Source of the DNA: Nitrososphaeria archaeon
GTDB taxonomy: Archaea; Thermoproteota; Nitrososphaeria; Nitrososphaerales; JACAEJ01
DNA length: 64,000 bases
Assembly (NCBI GenBank): GCA_029775875.1
Contig: JARVKD010000002.1
Coordinates: 3,007-67,006 of the forward strand
Direction: 5' to 3'
Both the position numbers and the translations under genes were made by a program. Shown here one piece after another: positions 53,033 to 62,956 of the stretch (its first letter is position 1; every line of letters starts with the position of its first letter). The notes below the pieces were generated by a model that was given only the letters and a program-made list of their open reading frames with translations, was not told the origin of the DNA and did not search any database.

Positions 53033-54526
53033 TCATTCTATCTGAGCCTTTATTATCATAAAAACTGGCCCTCTTAAGTCAATCCTTTTGTTCCTGCTTG
53101 TAATGAATCTTAATGCGTTTTCTTTCACCTTTATGTTAAGCTCTCCTGATGTGCTGATCATAGTCCTTTTCATAAAGAACTCTCTATTCCCTGATTCTAT
53201 GGCTTCTTCTATACCATTGGCCACAAATGCTGCTAAAGAATCTACATACCTTATCCCAGTCGGTACTCCATGTTCCCTTGCATCCTTTATCAATTCACTT
53301 TTTGATAATTCTTTATCTTCTTTTGGAATCCCTAAGATGTCTCCATTGTAAACTACTATCTCGTTGAAGGCTGCTCGCCCTAAAAGTTTCTTTCCTTCCT
53401 CATTTTGAATTAGCTTTACTATCACTTTTCTTCCAAGAATTCTGCCATCATACGCAGTATACTCAAAGGGGCTAGGAGCATCTCCATAAATCTCACAAGC
53501 TTTAATGATAGCAGCCTGTATTTCCTTGCCTTGTTCAGTTCTAGGAATCTTATCTATGGTAATTGAAGAAGCTATCTCTGAATCAGATAGCTCCAACTCA
53601 GCGTAGAATTGAGGATAGACTAATTTGCGAATGTCTGAGAAACCATAGATAGCCATCGTCAATCTCTCAGCTCCTAGACCCACGTTTAAAACTGGATGCC
53701 TTATTCCATACTTTTCAAGAACAGCGTTATCATATATCCCAAAATCTGCAACTTCGACCCAATCCTTTTGGCTTTTTGTTCTTACAAAGACTTCAGTTTC
53801 TGTATCCTTCTCATAGTAACTAGCACTTCTTTTCTTTTTGACACACTTTATCTCCTCGATTCCAAAAGGCTTTAGCAACCCTTCAGCAACACTCTTTGCA
53901 TCCTCTAAGCTCAGTTCATCATTCATTATAACACTTGAGGCTGAATGATAGCACCTAAGATGAGTTGCATCTAGAGTTTGTTCCCTTCGAAAGCAGACAT
54001 CTATAGAAAAGAGCTTTATAGGAAGTTCTCCGTCTTGAAATTCTTTTAAAGTTAAGAACCATCCTGATGTCATATGGCTTCTAAGAGTAAGATTGGTAGC
54101 AATGGCTCTTTTCTGCTTTAGTTCAGGAAAGGCGCTTAATATCATCGAAGCTTTATCTTCGTCTATTGAAAGAGCGTCAGCAAGCCTAGGAATCAGATCC
54201 TCCCCATCGAATATCCCCTTTTTATAATTGTGAAAGATCTTCTGTAATGCTATCTTTTTCTCCTGTTCAAGGACGAATCCAATCTTCTTAAGATCGTCTA
54301 GTTTATCTTGGCTAATCCCTATATCAGGTCTAGGGAGAGTTGCAAGGTAGAAGCATCTGTCTAGTATAGTCGGAGCCTCGTTTCCCCACTGCTTGTAAAT
54401 CTCTTTTTCCTCAATGAAGATAGGATTGTAGACTTCTTTGAAGCCTAGATCAAGATAAGCATGCCTTAACTTATCCATGACTTCTGAAAGGGGATGCTTT
54501 TCGGTTCTTCTTTGTTTTATAGTCAA
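53033..54526 (-). CDS. sepS: O-phosphoserine--tRNA(Cys) ligase (SepRS)
   Basis: HPLSEVMDKLRHAYLDLGFKEVYNPIFIEE...APTILDRCFYLATLPRPDIG is collinear with SepRS. Start placed at TTG 54526. The track extension to 54706 translates AT-rich promoter-like sequence. Confidence 0.8.
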   Translation of the reverse strand: MTIKQRRTEKHPLSEVMDKLRHAYLDLGFKEVYNPIFIEEKEIYKQWGNEAPTILDRCFYLATLPRPDIGISQDKLDDLKKIGFVLEQEKKIALQKIFHNYKKGIFDGEDLIPRLADALSIDEDKASMILSAFPELKQKRAIATNLTLRSHMTSGWFLTLKEFQDGELPIKLFSIDVCFRREQTLDATHLRCYHSASSVIMNDELSLEDAKSVAEGLLKPFGIEEIKCVKKKRSASYYEKDTETEVFVRTKSQKDWVEVADFGIYDNAVLEKYGIRHPVLNVGLGAERLTMAIYGFSDIRKLVYPQFYAELELSDSEIASSITIDKIPRTEQGKEIQAAIIKACEIYGDAPSPFEYTAYDGRILGRKVIVKLIQNEEGKKLLGRAAFNEIVVYNGDILGIPKEDKELSKSELIKDAREHGVPTGIRYVDSLAAFVANGIEEAIESGNREFFMKRTMISTSGELNIKVKENALRFITSRNKRIDLRGPVFMIIKAQIE

Positions 54527-54693
54527 CGATATTACCTTTCTTATGATGAACCTATTTTCTAGGATAATAATAAATTTATAAAAAATGGCATAAATATATT
54601 TAACGTATAGGTAACGTCTAAGTAAGGTATGAGCTAACGGCAATAAACATATAAGTAAGCTATATTTTCTTGACTCATAAGTAGGTATAAGGA

Positions 54694-55083
54694 TTGCGAA
54701 CACCATGTGAAATCGTGGTCAAGTATATGCTACCCGCTTTCCGCTCTTACGTGGCCAAGATTCTTATCAACGAATACCATCTCTCTCAAGTGATCGTGGC
54801 AAAGCGTCTAGGGACTACTCAAGCTGCGATAAGTCATTACATGGCGTCAAAAAGAGGGAACAAAAAGCTCATCCAGTTTGAAAGTGTGCCTTTGATGAAG
54901 GGCATGGCAAGAGAAGTGGCAAGGAGAATAGCTAGTGGAAAGTATTCTCCTGTGGATGTTCTGCCATACTTTTGTAAAATGTGTAAATCCTTCAGAACGC
55001 ATGATGTGCTATGCGTTTTACATAAAGACCTTGTAGTCCTTCCTAGCGAATGTGATGTATGTCCCCAACTGGAGCATCTCTAA
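54694..55083 (+). CDS. HTH transcriptional regulator with C-terminal Cys-rich region
   Basis: 129 aa. LSQVIVAKRLGTTQAAISHYMASKRG (HTH), then CKMCKSF...CVLH...CDVCP. Divergent from sepS and upstream of tRNA-Cys. Confidence 0.6.
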   Translation: MRTPCEIVVKYMLPAFRSYVAKILINEYHLSQVIVAKRLGTTQAAISHYMASKRGNKKLIQFESVPLMKGMAREVARRIASGKYSPVDVLPYFCKMCKSFRTHDVLCVLHKDLVVLPSECDVCPQLEHL

Positions 55084-55181
55084 GAAGTTCGAATATAAGA
55101 CTTACTGGCTTTTTTGGTCTTAACATAAAGTTTATAGATGCTTATCTTACGCCAAAATCTTATTGAACAAAAACTCTCAGA

Positions 55182-55274
55182 GCCGGGGTGGCCGAGTGGT
55201 TAGGCGGTGGGCTGCAGACAACTTGATGCAAAGCAGAGACCCGCTTTATGCAGGTTCAAATCCTGCCCCCGGCT
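55182..55274 (+). tRNA. tRNA-Cys(GCA) with a 21-nt intron at 37/38
   Basis: GCCGGGG/CCCCGGC acceptor, U73 discriminator, GTGGG-CTGCAG[55218-55238]A-CCCGC, GCAGG-TTCAAAT-CCTGC. Loop CUGC can pair with intron GCAG, which is BHB-like. Confidence 0.85.
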
Positions 55275-55337
55275 TTTATGCTAAAATAATATTTCCTTTA
55301 CAAATATGATGAATTAAAGGGTAATACCGCTCTTAAA

Positions 55338-56885
55338 TCAACCTATACTTCCTAGAAGTTCTGAAATATATGTTGATGCGCTAGATGCCATTAGCCCTGG
55401 GTATATGCCCAATATCAAAGCAAGAGCAGCAAGGATCATTATAGGTACAATCATTATCATTGACCCTTCTTTTGCATGCATCGTTTTCTCTGTAGGTTGG
55501 CCGTAAAAGACTCTTCTAACAGTCCATAAACCATAGCTGGCAGTCAGTACAGATGCAACTATGGCTAAAGATGTTATCAGCACTCGAATTGAGTTTGGCT
55601 CTAGGAGATGACTAAAGCCTTGAAGAGCTGTATACATGGAACCTGTAAATATGTATAGCTCAGCCCAGAAGCCTATTAGGTAAGGGAAGCCCATCAACCC
55701 AAGAAAGCCTATCAGCGTGGCTATGGCTGTATAAGGCATCTTTGCTGCAAGGCCGCCTAGCTCTTTTATACTCCTAGTCTTAAACTCATGTATCAAAACT
55801 CCTGAGACCATGAAGAGTACAGCCTTTCCTAGACCATGACTGACATAGAGTAATACAGCACCAACTAATCCTATAGTTGAAACTGAAGCTATGCCAAACA
55901 GCATGTAACCCATCTGGCTTATGCTTGAAAATGCAAGGAGCCTCTTTATATCATCTTGAGCTAAGGCCATGTATCCTCCGTAGGTCATGGTCACCAAGGC
56001 TAGAACTGACAGTATTAGCATGAACTGTGGCGTTGAGGCTTTGACAACTGCTGGGAATCCTGTGTAGACTATTCTTATGGCAGCGTATCCTCCTATTCCT
56101 ATCATGGCAGGTGAAAGGAGAGCGCTTATTGGTGTAGGAGCTTCAGCATGAGCATCTGGAAGCCATGTATGAAGAGGGAATATGGCCATCTTCACGAACA
56201 GACCTAATAGCATTGCTACAACTATGGCAATTTGAACACCTAACTCTATACCTACCATGCCTTGAGATACTTCGAATATTTCAAAGGTATTTGCTATGAA
56301 TCCAGTGGCAACTATACCAGCAAGCAGAGAAAGTGCTCCAGCCTCTGTGAACATGAAGTACTTGAAGGCTATCTTTTCTCTCAACCCTGTACCCCAGACT
56401 CCTATCAAAGCCCATGATGGTATCAACATTAGTTCGAAGAATAGGAAGAAGGCAGCAAGGTTTGTGACAAGGACAGTTCCTATCATACCAGACGCATATA
56501 GAAGGTATAATGCAAAGTATTGGCCTAGTGCATGCTCATGCTCCATGTATTTTACAGAGTATATTGAAATGAGAGTGCAAAGTATGGCTATGATGAGAGC
56601 TATAGGTGTGCTGAGACCGTCAGCCCTCAAAGTAAAGCTGCCTAGGCTTAAACTTCCAATGTTAGGAAGCCATGAATAAGATGCCTCTATAGCCTCTAAA
56701 CTTGGCTCTAGGAATAGCCTCAATTGGGTGTATCCTATGAGAACAGTTGAGTAAAGCAAGATTACTGATGACAACCAACCAGTTTTCTCCTTAAGGCGAT
56801 TGCCAAGGACTAAAGCCAAAACAGAGAACGCAGCCGGTACTATTATCGATTGGAAAAGAATGAAGCTATTATCTTCTATTATCAT
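55338..56885 (-). CDS. nuoM: Complex I-type antiporter-like subunit, NuoM/FpoM-like
   Basis: 515 aa. FFLFFELMLIPSWALIGVWG and WLPDAHAEAPTPISALL are M-type motifs. Confidence 0.7.
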   Translation of the reverse strand: MIIEDNSFILFQSIIVPAAFSVLALVLGNRLKEKTGWLSSVILLYSTVLIGYTQLRLFLEPSLEAIEASYSWLPNIGSLSLGSFTLRADGLSTPIALIIAILCTLISIYSVKYMEHEHALGQYFALYLLYASGMIGTVLVTNLAAFFLFFELMLIPSWALIGVWGTGLREKIAFKYFMFTEAGALSLLAGIVATGFIANTFEIFEVSQGMVGIELGVQIAIVVAMLLGLFVKMAIFPLHTWLPDAHAEAPTPISALLSPAMIGIGGYAAIRIVYTGFPAVVKASTPQFMLILSVLALVTMTYGGYMALAQDDIKRLLAFSSISQMGYMLFGIASVSTIGLVGAVLLYVSHGLGKAVLFMVSGVLIHEFKTRSIKELGGLAAKMPYTAIATLIGFLGLMGFPYLIGFWAELYIFTGSMYTALQGFSHLLEPNSIRVLITSLAIVASVLTASYGLWTVRRVFYGQPTEKTMHAKEGSMIMIVPIMILAALALILGIYPGLMASSASTYISELLGSIG

Positions 56886-56889
56886 ATCA

Positions 56890-58995
56890 TCACACCAGAA
56901 CCATATAAACCAGTATCAAAAGCAAAATTATTCCAGCTATCATTCCTATGACATTATAGTTCAGGAGTCCTGTGTGTGTTCTTCTGAAACGGTTAGAGAA
57001 GCCTCTTACAGCATTTGCCAATACATAGTTGAACTTGTCTATGCCGCCAATCTCTATATGCTTCAAAGCCCAGTTACTGAAGGATATGGTTGGATACACA
57101 AATACCTTGTAAAAGAAGGCATTGACATACCATCTTCTGAATAAAAAGTTCCATAAGGACTTTAAAACTCCTTTTGATCCAACCAGTTTGGCTGGGTCTG
57201 GGGATCTTCTGATATACAGCTTATAGGCGATGAAGGCGCCTATGGCAAGGACAGTCAAAGATGTTCCTATAGTTATGATAACTGCTAGCTCTTGTGGCAA
57301 TGTTCCTTCAGTTGCCAATTCTGCTGCCAATAGAGTTGAAGAATGCTCCATTCCTGGCAGTCTGCTTAGGTAATTCTCAAATGTATGCTCGAGCCAGCCT
57401 CCAAAACCTCCTAATGGGAGTAAAGTAATGGCACCTATGCCAAAGAGTACTGTTGCAATGGCTAAAATAGAGTACGGTATCCACATGACCTTTGGGGCTT
57501 CATGAATATGATGTCCTTCGTGTTCAAGTTCATGAATATGCTTGCTCTTCTTGCCCAAAAATGTCAAAGATAGCATTCTGACGCTATAAAAGGCAGTTAT
57601 GGCTGCTGTTATGGCAGCTAGTGCAAACAAAATCGGTTGACCAGCCAATAGAGTAGATTCTAATACAAGGTCTTTGCTCCAGAAGCCACTGAATAGTATA
57701 GGAACGCCCATCAGAGAGAAGGCTGTTAGAGTCATGCTCCAAAATGTTATTGGCATCTCTCTCCTTATCCCACCCATATGATGTAGAAACCTTGATTCAA
57801 CAGCGTGAATTACAGCTCCTGCAGTCAAGAATAGGGCTGCCTTGAATATAGCATGACTCATGAGATGAAAAACCCCTGCTGTATACCCTATGAAGAATTC
57901 GAAAGTGGTCCCAGCAACCCCAAGGGCTAGCATCATGTATCCAAGCTGACTAACTGTCGAATAAGCAAGGACCTTCTTTATTTCATTAGATGTTATAGCC
58001 TGGGTGCCAGCTACAAAGGCTGTTATAACGCCTATCCATGCAACAACATAGAAGAAAGAACCCATCTCTGGATAGAATTTTGAGGCTACATACATTATGG
58101 GGAATAACCTGCCTACTAAGTATACGCCTGCTTTAACCATCGTTGCTGCGTGTATTAAAGCGCTAACAGTAGCTGGGCCTGCCATAGCGTCTGGTAACCA
58201 CTCCATGAGAGGTAGTTGGGCTGATTTGCCTATAGGACCTCCAAAGAGCAGAATAGCAGCAGGAACCAGAATCCACATGAATTCATGAGGCAAGTGCTCA
58301 ACCTTCTCGATCAATTCCATGTAGCTTAGTGTGCCAGTAAAGGCTACTATTATTACAATGCCTATCAAAAGGCTTATGTCTCCAATTCTGGTAGTTATGA
58401 AAGCCTTCATTCCACAGTGTGAAGGTGGATAAGCTTCTGGAGGTTCGCCTACCCAAGTCTTAAGATAATCTTCCTTTCTATCCTTATACCAGAAGCCTAT
58501 CAAGGCATAACTACAAAGCCCTACTCCTTCCCATCCAAAGAGAGTTTGAACGAGATTCTCCGACATAACGAGTAGGAGCATGTTTCCTATAAAGAAGTTC
58601 ATAAAGAACCAGTATCTAGTCAGACCCGATTCTCCTTTCATATAACCAAGGGAGTAAACCATTATCAGGAAGCTTATCACAGCTACAACATTTGCCATTA
58701 TTATGCTGAGCGGGTCTACCAGAACGCCAAACTCGATCTTCGATAATACTGGAAATCCTTCCAACTCTATCCAAGGCAGTACCTCCCACTTAGGCAATGC
58801 TTCTACGCTAAAGAGCAATGGTATCAGCATTATCGTCATCAAAGCAGCTAGGAAAGAGAATAGAACGGCTCCATAATCCCTCACCTTCGGATTTATCTTA
58901 GCCAACAATGGGGTTAGGAAAGCCCCAATCATGGGAAAGAGCCAAGATAACCAAGCAGGTATCGTTTCTATTCCTACTGTAGGTACTATTGCCAA
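56890..58995 (-). CDS. nuoL: Complex I-type antiporter-like subunit NuoL/FpoL
   Basis: 701 aa. LFGWEGVGLCSYALIGFW and WLPDAMAGPATVSALIHAATMV, with a long C-terminal extension. Confidence 0.85.
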   Translation of the reverse strand: MAIVPTVGIETIPAWLSWLFPMIGAFLTPLLAKINPKVRDYGAVLFSFLAALMTIMLIPLLFSVEALPKWEVLPWIELEGFPVLSKIEFGVLVDPLSIIMANVVAVISFLIMVYSLGYMKGESGLTRYWFFMNFFIGNMLLLVMSENLVQTLFGWEGVGLCSYALIGFWYKDRKEDYLKTWVGEPPEAYPPSHCGMKAFITTRIGDISLLIGIVIIVAFTGTLSYMELIEKVEHLPHEFMWILVPAAILLFGGPIGKSAQLPLMEWLPDAMAGPATVSALIHAATMVKAGVYLVGRLFPIMYVASKFYPEMGSFFYVVAWIGVITAFVAGTQAITSNEIKKVLAYSTVSQLGYMMLALGVAGTTFEFFIGYTAGVFHLMSHAIFKAALFLTAGAVIHAVESRFLHHMGGIRREMPITFWSMTLTAFSLMGVPILFSGFWSKDLVLESTLLAGQPILFALAAITAAITAFYSVRMLSLTFLGKKSKHIHELEHEGHHIHEAPKVMWIPYSILAIATVLFGIGAITLLPLGGFGGWLEHTFENYLSRLPGMEHSSTLLAAELATEGTLPQELAVIITIGTSLTVLAIGAFIAYKLYIRRSPDPAKLVGSKGVLKSLWNFLFRRWYVNAFFYKVFVYPTISFSNWALKHIEIGGIDKFNYVLANAVRGFSNRFRRTHTGLLNYNVIGMIAGIILLLILVYMVLV

Positions 58996-59000
58996 CTACA

Positions 59001-60557
59001 TCAACCTCCTATTAACCCTAACAACGATTTAGTGGCCACTTCAGCAAAGCCCATTATCTCGAAGGGCCACAACCCTAATATGACAGTTATCAAGCCCAGT
59101 ATGACTACTGGCAATACCATTAAGATTGGCACTTCGTGCGCTCTTTCAACTTTTGGCTTTGGGGCTCTCAACATAAGGCGCTGCATAAGCCATAAATAAT
59201 AAGCTGCTGCGAAGATGGCGTTTAGCACCACTAGACTTGTAGTCACGACCATGAAAGTGTTGCCAGGTATCGTGAAACCAGCGAGTATTATGAATAGCTT
59301 GCTCCAGAAGCCACTAAGAGGTGGGACGCCTGCTAATGTCAATAATCCTAATGAGAAAGAGGTTCCTGTCCAAGGCATCTTTTTCCCAGCGCCTTCTAGA
59401 TCAACTAAATCTCTAGTCCCAGCTTCGTGTATGAAACAACCAGCGCCAAGGAAGAGAAGCCCCTTGCCTATTGCATGATTGAAAATGTGAAATATTGCTC
59501 CCATTACGGCTAGTGTGGCTATGCTGTAGCCCGCTGTGCCATATACATTCAGAGCATATGCACCGATACCAAAGCCGAAGATGATGTATCCTATGTTGAC
59601 TATGCTCGAGAAAGCAAGAAGGCGTTTTATGTCTCTTTGAAGTAGAGCCATGAAGTTGGCTACACTTAACGTTATGATACCAAATATCACCAACGTTGTG
59701 CCGAAATCAAAGGCAATTGGATTAAATATTGTGAAAAGGATTCTTGCAATAACGTAAACCCCTGCCTTTATGACTACTCCTGATAACATAGCGCTTATCC
59801 CACTTGGAGCTGCTGGGTGAGCATCTGGAAGCCAGAAGTGAAATGGCACTATCGATGCTGTCACACCAAAGCCTGCTATTATGGCAACGATGATAAGATA
59901 TGGTATCTGTGAAGGAATCTTCAATGTAGGAATGATGGCTGCAAGTTGAGATATGTTCAAAGTTCCCGTCAATCCGTAAAGAATGGACATGGCATAAAGA
60001 GCAGTTAAAGAGCCAATGGTACTCATGACAAGGTACTTAAAGCTGGCTTCTATCGGCTCCCAACGATACTTCCTGAATGCTACTAAAGCATAGGAGGAAA
60101 GACTCATAGCCTCCCAAAAGATGAACAAATTGAACAAATCTCCTGCAAAAGAAATCCCAACTAGACCTGCAACAAGGACCATAAGCAAAGAGTAATACTT
60201 GTCCAAACCTGAATCATCTTCCATATATCTGACTGAATATATTGAGACAAATAAGCCCAAAAGGCAGAATAGAAGAGCCATAAAGACGCTAAATTGATCT
60301 ACAGAGAAAGATACGCCCCCCATCTGTGGCTCGTAGGGGCTTAAGAAGTAAGTTAATTGCCCTTGCCTTTGAACTTCCTCATAAATGCCTAACAAGCTGT
60401 ATAGGGATAAGCCAAAAATGATAATGGCAAAGGCATCTCTTGTCTTCTCAAACTTTAAGGCTCTACCAAAATACTCTATTAGTGGAGTTAGTAGCGCTCC
60501 TGTGAAGAGTATGATTATAGGTTGTAAAATTATCCATGATTCAGACATATTCACCAC
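59001..60557 (-). CDS. nuoN: Complex I-type antiporter-like subunit, NuoN/FpoN-like
   Basis: 518 aa. FIFWEAMSLSSYALVAF and WLPDAHPAAPSGISAML. The N versus M assignment rests on the E-x-x-SL-x-x-Y motif only. Confidence 0.65.
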   Translation of the reverse strand: MVNMSESWIILQPIIILFTGALLTPLIEYFGRALKFEKTRDAFAIIIFGLSLYSLLGIYEEVQRQGQLTYFLSPYEPQMGGVSFSVDQFSVFMALLFCLLGLFVSIYSVRYMEDDSGLDKYYSLLMVLVAGLVGISFAGDLFNLFIFWEAMSLSSYALVAFRKYRWEPIEASFKYLVMSTIGSLTALYAMSILYGLTGTLNISQLAAIIPTLKIPSQIPYLIIVAIIAGFGVTASIVPFHFWLPDAHPAAPSGISAMLSGVVIKAGVYVIARILFTIFNPIAFDFGTTLVIFGIITLSVANFMALLQRDIKRLLAFSSIVNIGYIIFGFGIGAYALNVYGTAGYSIATLAVMGAIFHIFNHAIGKGLLFLGAGCFIHEAGTRDLVDLEGAGKKMPWTGTSFSLGLLTLAGVPPLSGFWSKLFIILAGFTIPGNTFMVVTTSLVVLNAIFAAAYYLWLMQRLMLRAPKPKVERAHEVPILMVLPVVILGLITVILGLWPFEIMGFAEVATKSLLGLIGG

Positions 60558-60865
60558 CTCAACTTGCTGAGCTTCTTTGCATCTATGGAACCATAGTGCC
60601 TATATGCTTGGATGACTATCATTAAAGAGAGGCCGGCAATAGCCGCCCCAATAACTGTTGATACTACTACGAAGTACTGGGCCAAAGGTAACAAACTTTG
60701 ATCTAGTTTTGTGAAAGCCAAAAAGTTTAGATTGACACTTGCCGTTATGATTTCAAGACCTATAACTATTCTTACCATGTTCCTTCTTACAGCAATACCA
60801 TAGAGTCCTATAATATACAGTGATATTGCAGTCAGAGCATATAGCGTAAAGTCAGGAGTGCTCAT
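60551..60865 (-). CDS. nuoK: NuoK/FpoK
   Basis: 104 aa with 3 TM helices. IVIGLEIITASVNLNFLAF is the NuoK motif. Confidence 0.85.
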   Translation of the reverse strand: MSTPDFTLYALTAISLYIIGLYGIAVRRNMVRIVIGLEIITASVNLNFLAFTKLDQSLLPLAQYFVVVSTVIGAAIAGLSLMIVIQAYRHYGSIDAKKLSKLRW

Positions 60866-60868
60866 TGC

Positions 60869-61165
60869 TCATTCCTCCTCTTCAATCTCCTCAACATAAC
60901 CCTCGGTAACCATCTCTTCTATAGGAATTCCAGCTTTTTCTTCTCTGAACAGTGAAGAAATACCAATTATTGCAGCGAAGACGACAATGGCAAGAAAGAT
61001 TATGTCAAACCATCTATAACCCCAAAAGATTACGAATACATCGATGGGTAAAGAAGGGCGAGGTAATGTTGATGCAAAAAATGTCAAGGGAAGGGACAAA
61101 GGCAAAAGGAAAGAGATCAAGAGCAAAATGGTCAGCGCACCGAAAAGCTTCCCAGCCTGAGACAT
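60869..61165 (-). CDS. nuoJ: NuoJ/FpoJ, C-terminal part (split gene)
   Basis: 98 aa with 2 TM helices and an acidic tail. It directly follows the N-terminal J fragment. Confidence 0.6.
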   Translation of the reverse strand: MSQAGKLFGALTILLLISFLLPLSLPLTFFASTLPRPSLPIDVFVIFWGYRWFDIIFLAIVVFAAIIGISSLFREEKAGIPIEEMVTEGYVEEIEEEE

Positions 61166-61168
61166 CCC

Positions 61169-61405
61169 TTACCACCTTTTTACAGTGTGTAATGTGATTA
61201 AGATAAGAATCACCACCGCTCCTGCATATATAAGGAGCTGAAAGATCGCAGCATAGGGCGCATTGAGCACAAGGAAGAGAATAGCCGTTAGAGCACTCAT
61301 AGACAAAAAGGCTACAACGGTACCAAACATTCTTTCATACCTAACAGCAAAGAAGGCTGCGATCAATGTTAAACCAATCAGGACAATTTCATAGATTTCG
61401 GCCAT
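61169..61405 (-). CDS. nuoJ: NuoJ/FpoJ, N-terminal part (split gene)
   Basis: 78 aa with 3 TM helices. NAPYAAIFQLLIYAGAVVILILI resembles the NuoJ TM3 region. Confidence 0.65.
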   Translation of the reverse strand: MAEIYEIVLIGLTLIAAFFAVRYERMFGTVVAFLSMSALTAILFLVLNAPYAAIFQLLIYAGAVVILILITLHTVKRW

Positions 61406-61552
61406 AAAACAAACCCCCCGCTACATCTCCTTTGCCACATAAAAGTTTTATGAATTTAAATACTTCGCTTATTTTCTATACTTTAAAGACTACAATCAAA
61501 AGGTTTAAAAAAGACCAAAAAATGCTCTATAAGGAGTCGTGAGTGACTGTTT
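61406..61552. promoter_or_regulatory. Divergent promoter region between nuoJ.. and nuoA.. operons
   Basis: 147-bp AT-rich spacer with several TATA-like boxes (tttatgaatttaaata, ctttaaaga, gtttaaaaaag) and AAGGAG upstream of nuoA. Confidence 0.4.
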
Positions 61553-61942
61553 ATGAGCGATGGCTACTTCGACTTACTAGCTTTTACTATATATTTCTTG
61601 ATCTCAACTTTGACACCTATCTCCCTTTACGGATTGGGTCTAACCTTTGGCGAAAGAAAACCTAACAAAGAGAAAAACATGTCTTTTGAGTGTGGGCAAA
61701 TCCCAGTAGGAGAAGCGCACATGAGGTTTACTGTACAATACTACCCTTATGCTCTCATTTATGGCATATTTACAGCCTTTACAACCCTTGTGCTCATCAC
61801 TGCACCCAGGCTTGCTGACCTTGAGGTAAAGACTCTTCAATTCGGGTTAATCGGTCTTCCTCTTATAGCAATAGTCGCGTTAGCTATGGTATTGATGGCT
61901 GCGGCAATGGCTTTGAGAAGCGCAAGACTGTGGAGGCGGTAA
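61553..61942 (+). CDS. nuoA: NuoA/FpoA
   Basis: 129 aa. FECGQIPVGEAHMRFTVQYYPYALIYGIF is the NuoA motif. Confidence 0.85.
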   Translation: MSDGYFDLLAFTIYFLISTLTPISLYGLGLTFGERKPNKEKNMSFECGQIPVGEAHMRFTVQYYPYALIYGIFTAFTTLVLITAPRLADLEVKTLQFGLIGLPLIAIVALAMVLMAAAMALRSARLWRR

Positions 61943-61943
61943 A

Positions 61944-62417
61944 ATGCTTCAAAAAGCCAAAGACGGTCTTATGGACATAAAACTATTTCGAAGGGTTATG
62001 AATTGGGGTAAGGCATGGTCGCTATGGTCTGTGCATTTGGAGACCGGTTGCTGTGGTCCAGAGGATATGGCGAGAGCATGCGCAAGGTTTGATACAGAGC
62101 GTTTCGGTACTCTTCCTTTCCCAACCTTAAGAGAATGTGATTTGATATTTGTAACTGGCTTTGTTACAAAGAAGATGGCGAAGAGGCTTAAGATAGTTTA
62201 TGAACAGATGCCAGAGCCGAAATATGTTATAGCTATTGGACATTGTGCGATTTCAGGTGGATTATGGTGGGACTCTTACAGCGTCGTTCAAGGCGTGGAT
62301 GAGATTATACCTGTTGACGTATACGTTCCAGGATGCCCTCCAAGGCCTGAAGCTTGGATTCAAGGGATAAGGATGCTACAAGAAAAAATTGCTAAAGAAG
62401 GTATGAGAAAGAAATGA
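61944..62417 (+). CDS. nuoB: NuoB/FpoB
   Basis: ETGCCGPE...GHCAISGG...VDVYVPGCPPRPEA are the N2 cluster ligands. Confidence 0.9.
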   Translation: MLQKAKDGLMDIKLFRRVMNWGKAWSLWSVHLETGCCGPEDMARACARFDTERFGTLPFPTLRECDLIFVTGFVTKKMAKRLKIVYEQMPEPKYVIAIGHCAISGGLWWDSYSVVQGVDEIIPVDVYVPGCPPRPEAWIQGIRMLQEKIAKEGMRKK

Positions 62418-62926
62418 TAGACAAAAGCGCAGAAGAATTAATTGTTGATAGCGTCAAAGCAAGATTCCCTGAAGAAGTAATAGAGGCAAAAGTTCAGAGA
62501 AAAAATAGAGTATCTATATCTGTTAGGAACAATAGAATTTACGATGTTGGATTATTCTTAAGAGATGAGCTTGAATTCGACCATATCGCTTCAGTATCAG
62601 GCGTTGATTATATAGATATGAACGAATTTGAAGTGATTTACTATGTTTGGTCAATAAATAAAAAAGTCTTAGTTGGCTTAAGAACAAAGATTCCAAGGGA
62701 TAATCCCGTTCTTAAATCTCTTGTTGATGTGTGGGAAGGAGTGCTTTACCATGAGAGAGAGGTATGGGAGATGTTTGGGATAAAATTCGAAGGACATCCG
62801 AACCTATCCTTGTTACTCCTTCCTGAAGACTGGGATGGACCACCACCACTTCGAAAGGACTTTGTCCTTCCAGAAACACATCAAGAAAGGTTAGAGGAGA
62901 AGATCAAGAAGTTGAGCAGTGGTTAA
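62414..62926 (+). CDS. nuoC: NuoC/FpoC
   Basis: 170 aa. VLYHEREVWEMFGIKFEGHPN is the NuoC signature. Confidence 0.9.
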   Translation: MIDKSAEELIVDSVKARFPEEVIEAKVQRKNRVSISVRNNRIYDVGLFLRDELEFDHIASVSGVDYIDMNEFEVIYYVWSINKKVLVGLRTKIPRDNPVLKSLVDVWEGVLYHEREVWEMFGIKFEGHPNLSLLLLPEDWDGPPPLRKDFVLPETHQERLEEKIKKLSSG

Positions 62927-62956
62927 GATGCTAGAGAGATTAAGGAGTGAAAGGTT

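Noticed and set aside
54527-54706. 60-codon N-terminal extension of SepRS as given in the ORF track
   Set aside because: The translation (MVFAILIPTYESRKYSLLICLL...YIYAIFYKFIIILENRFII) looks like translated AT-rich promoter. It also overlaps the divergent HTH gene start. TTG 54526 is preferred, but the start remains uncertain.
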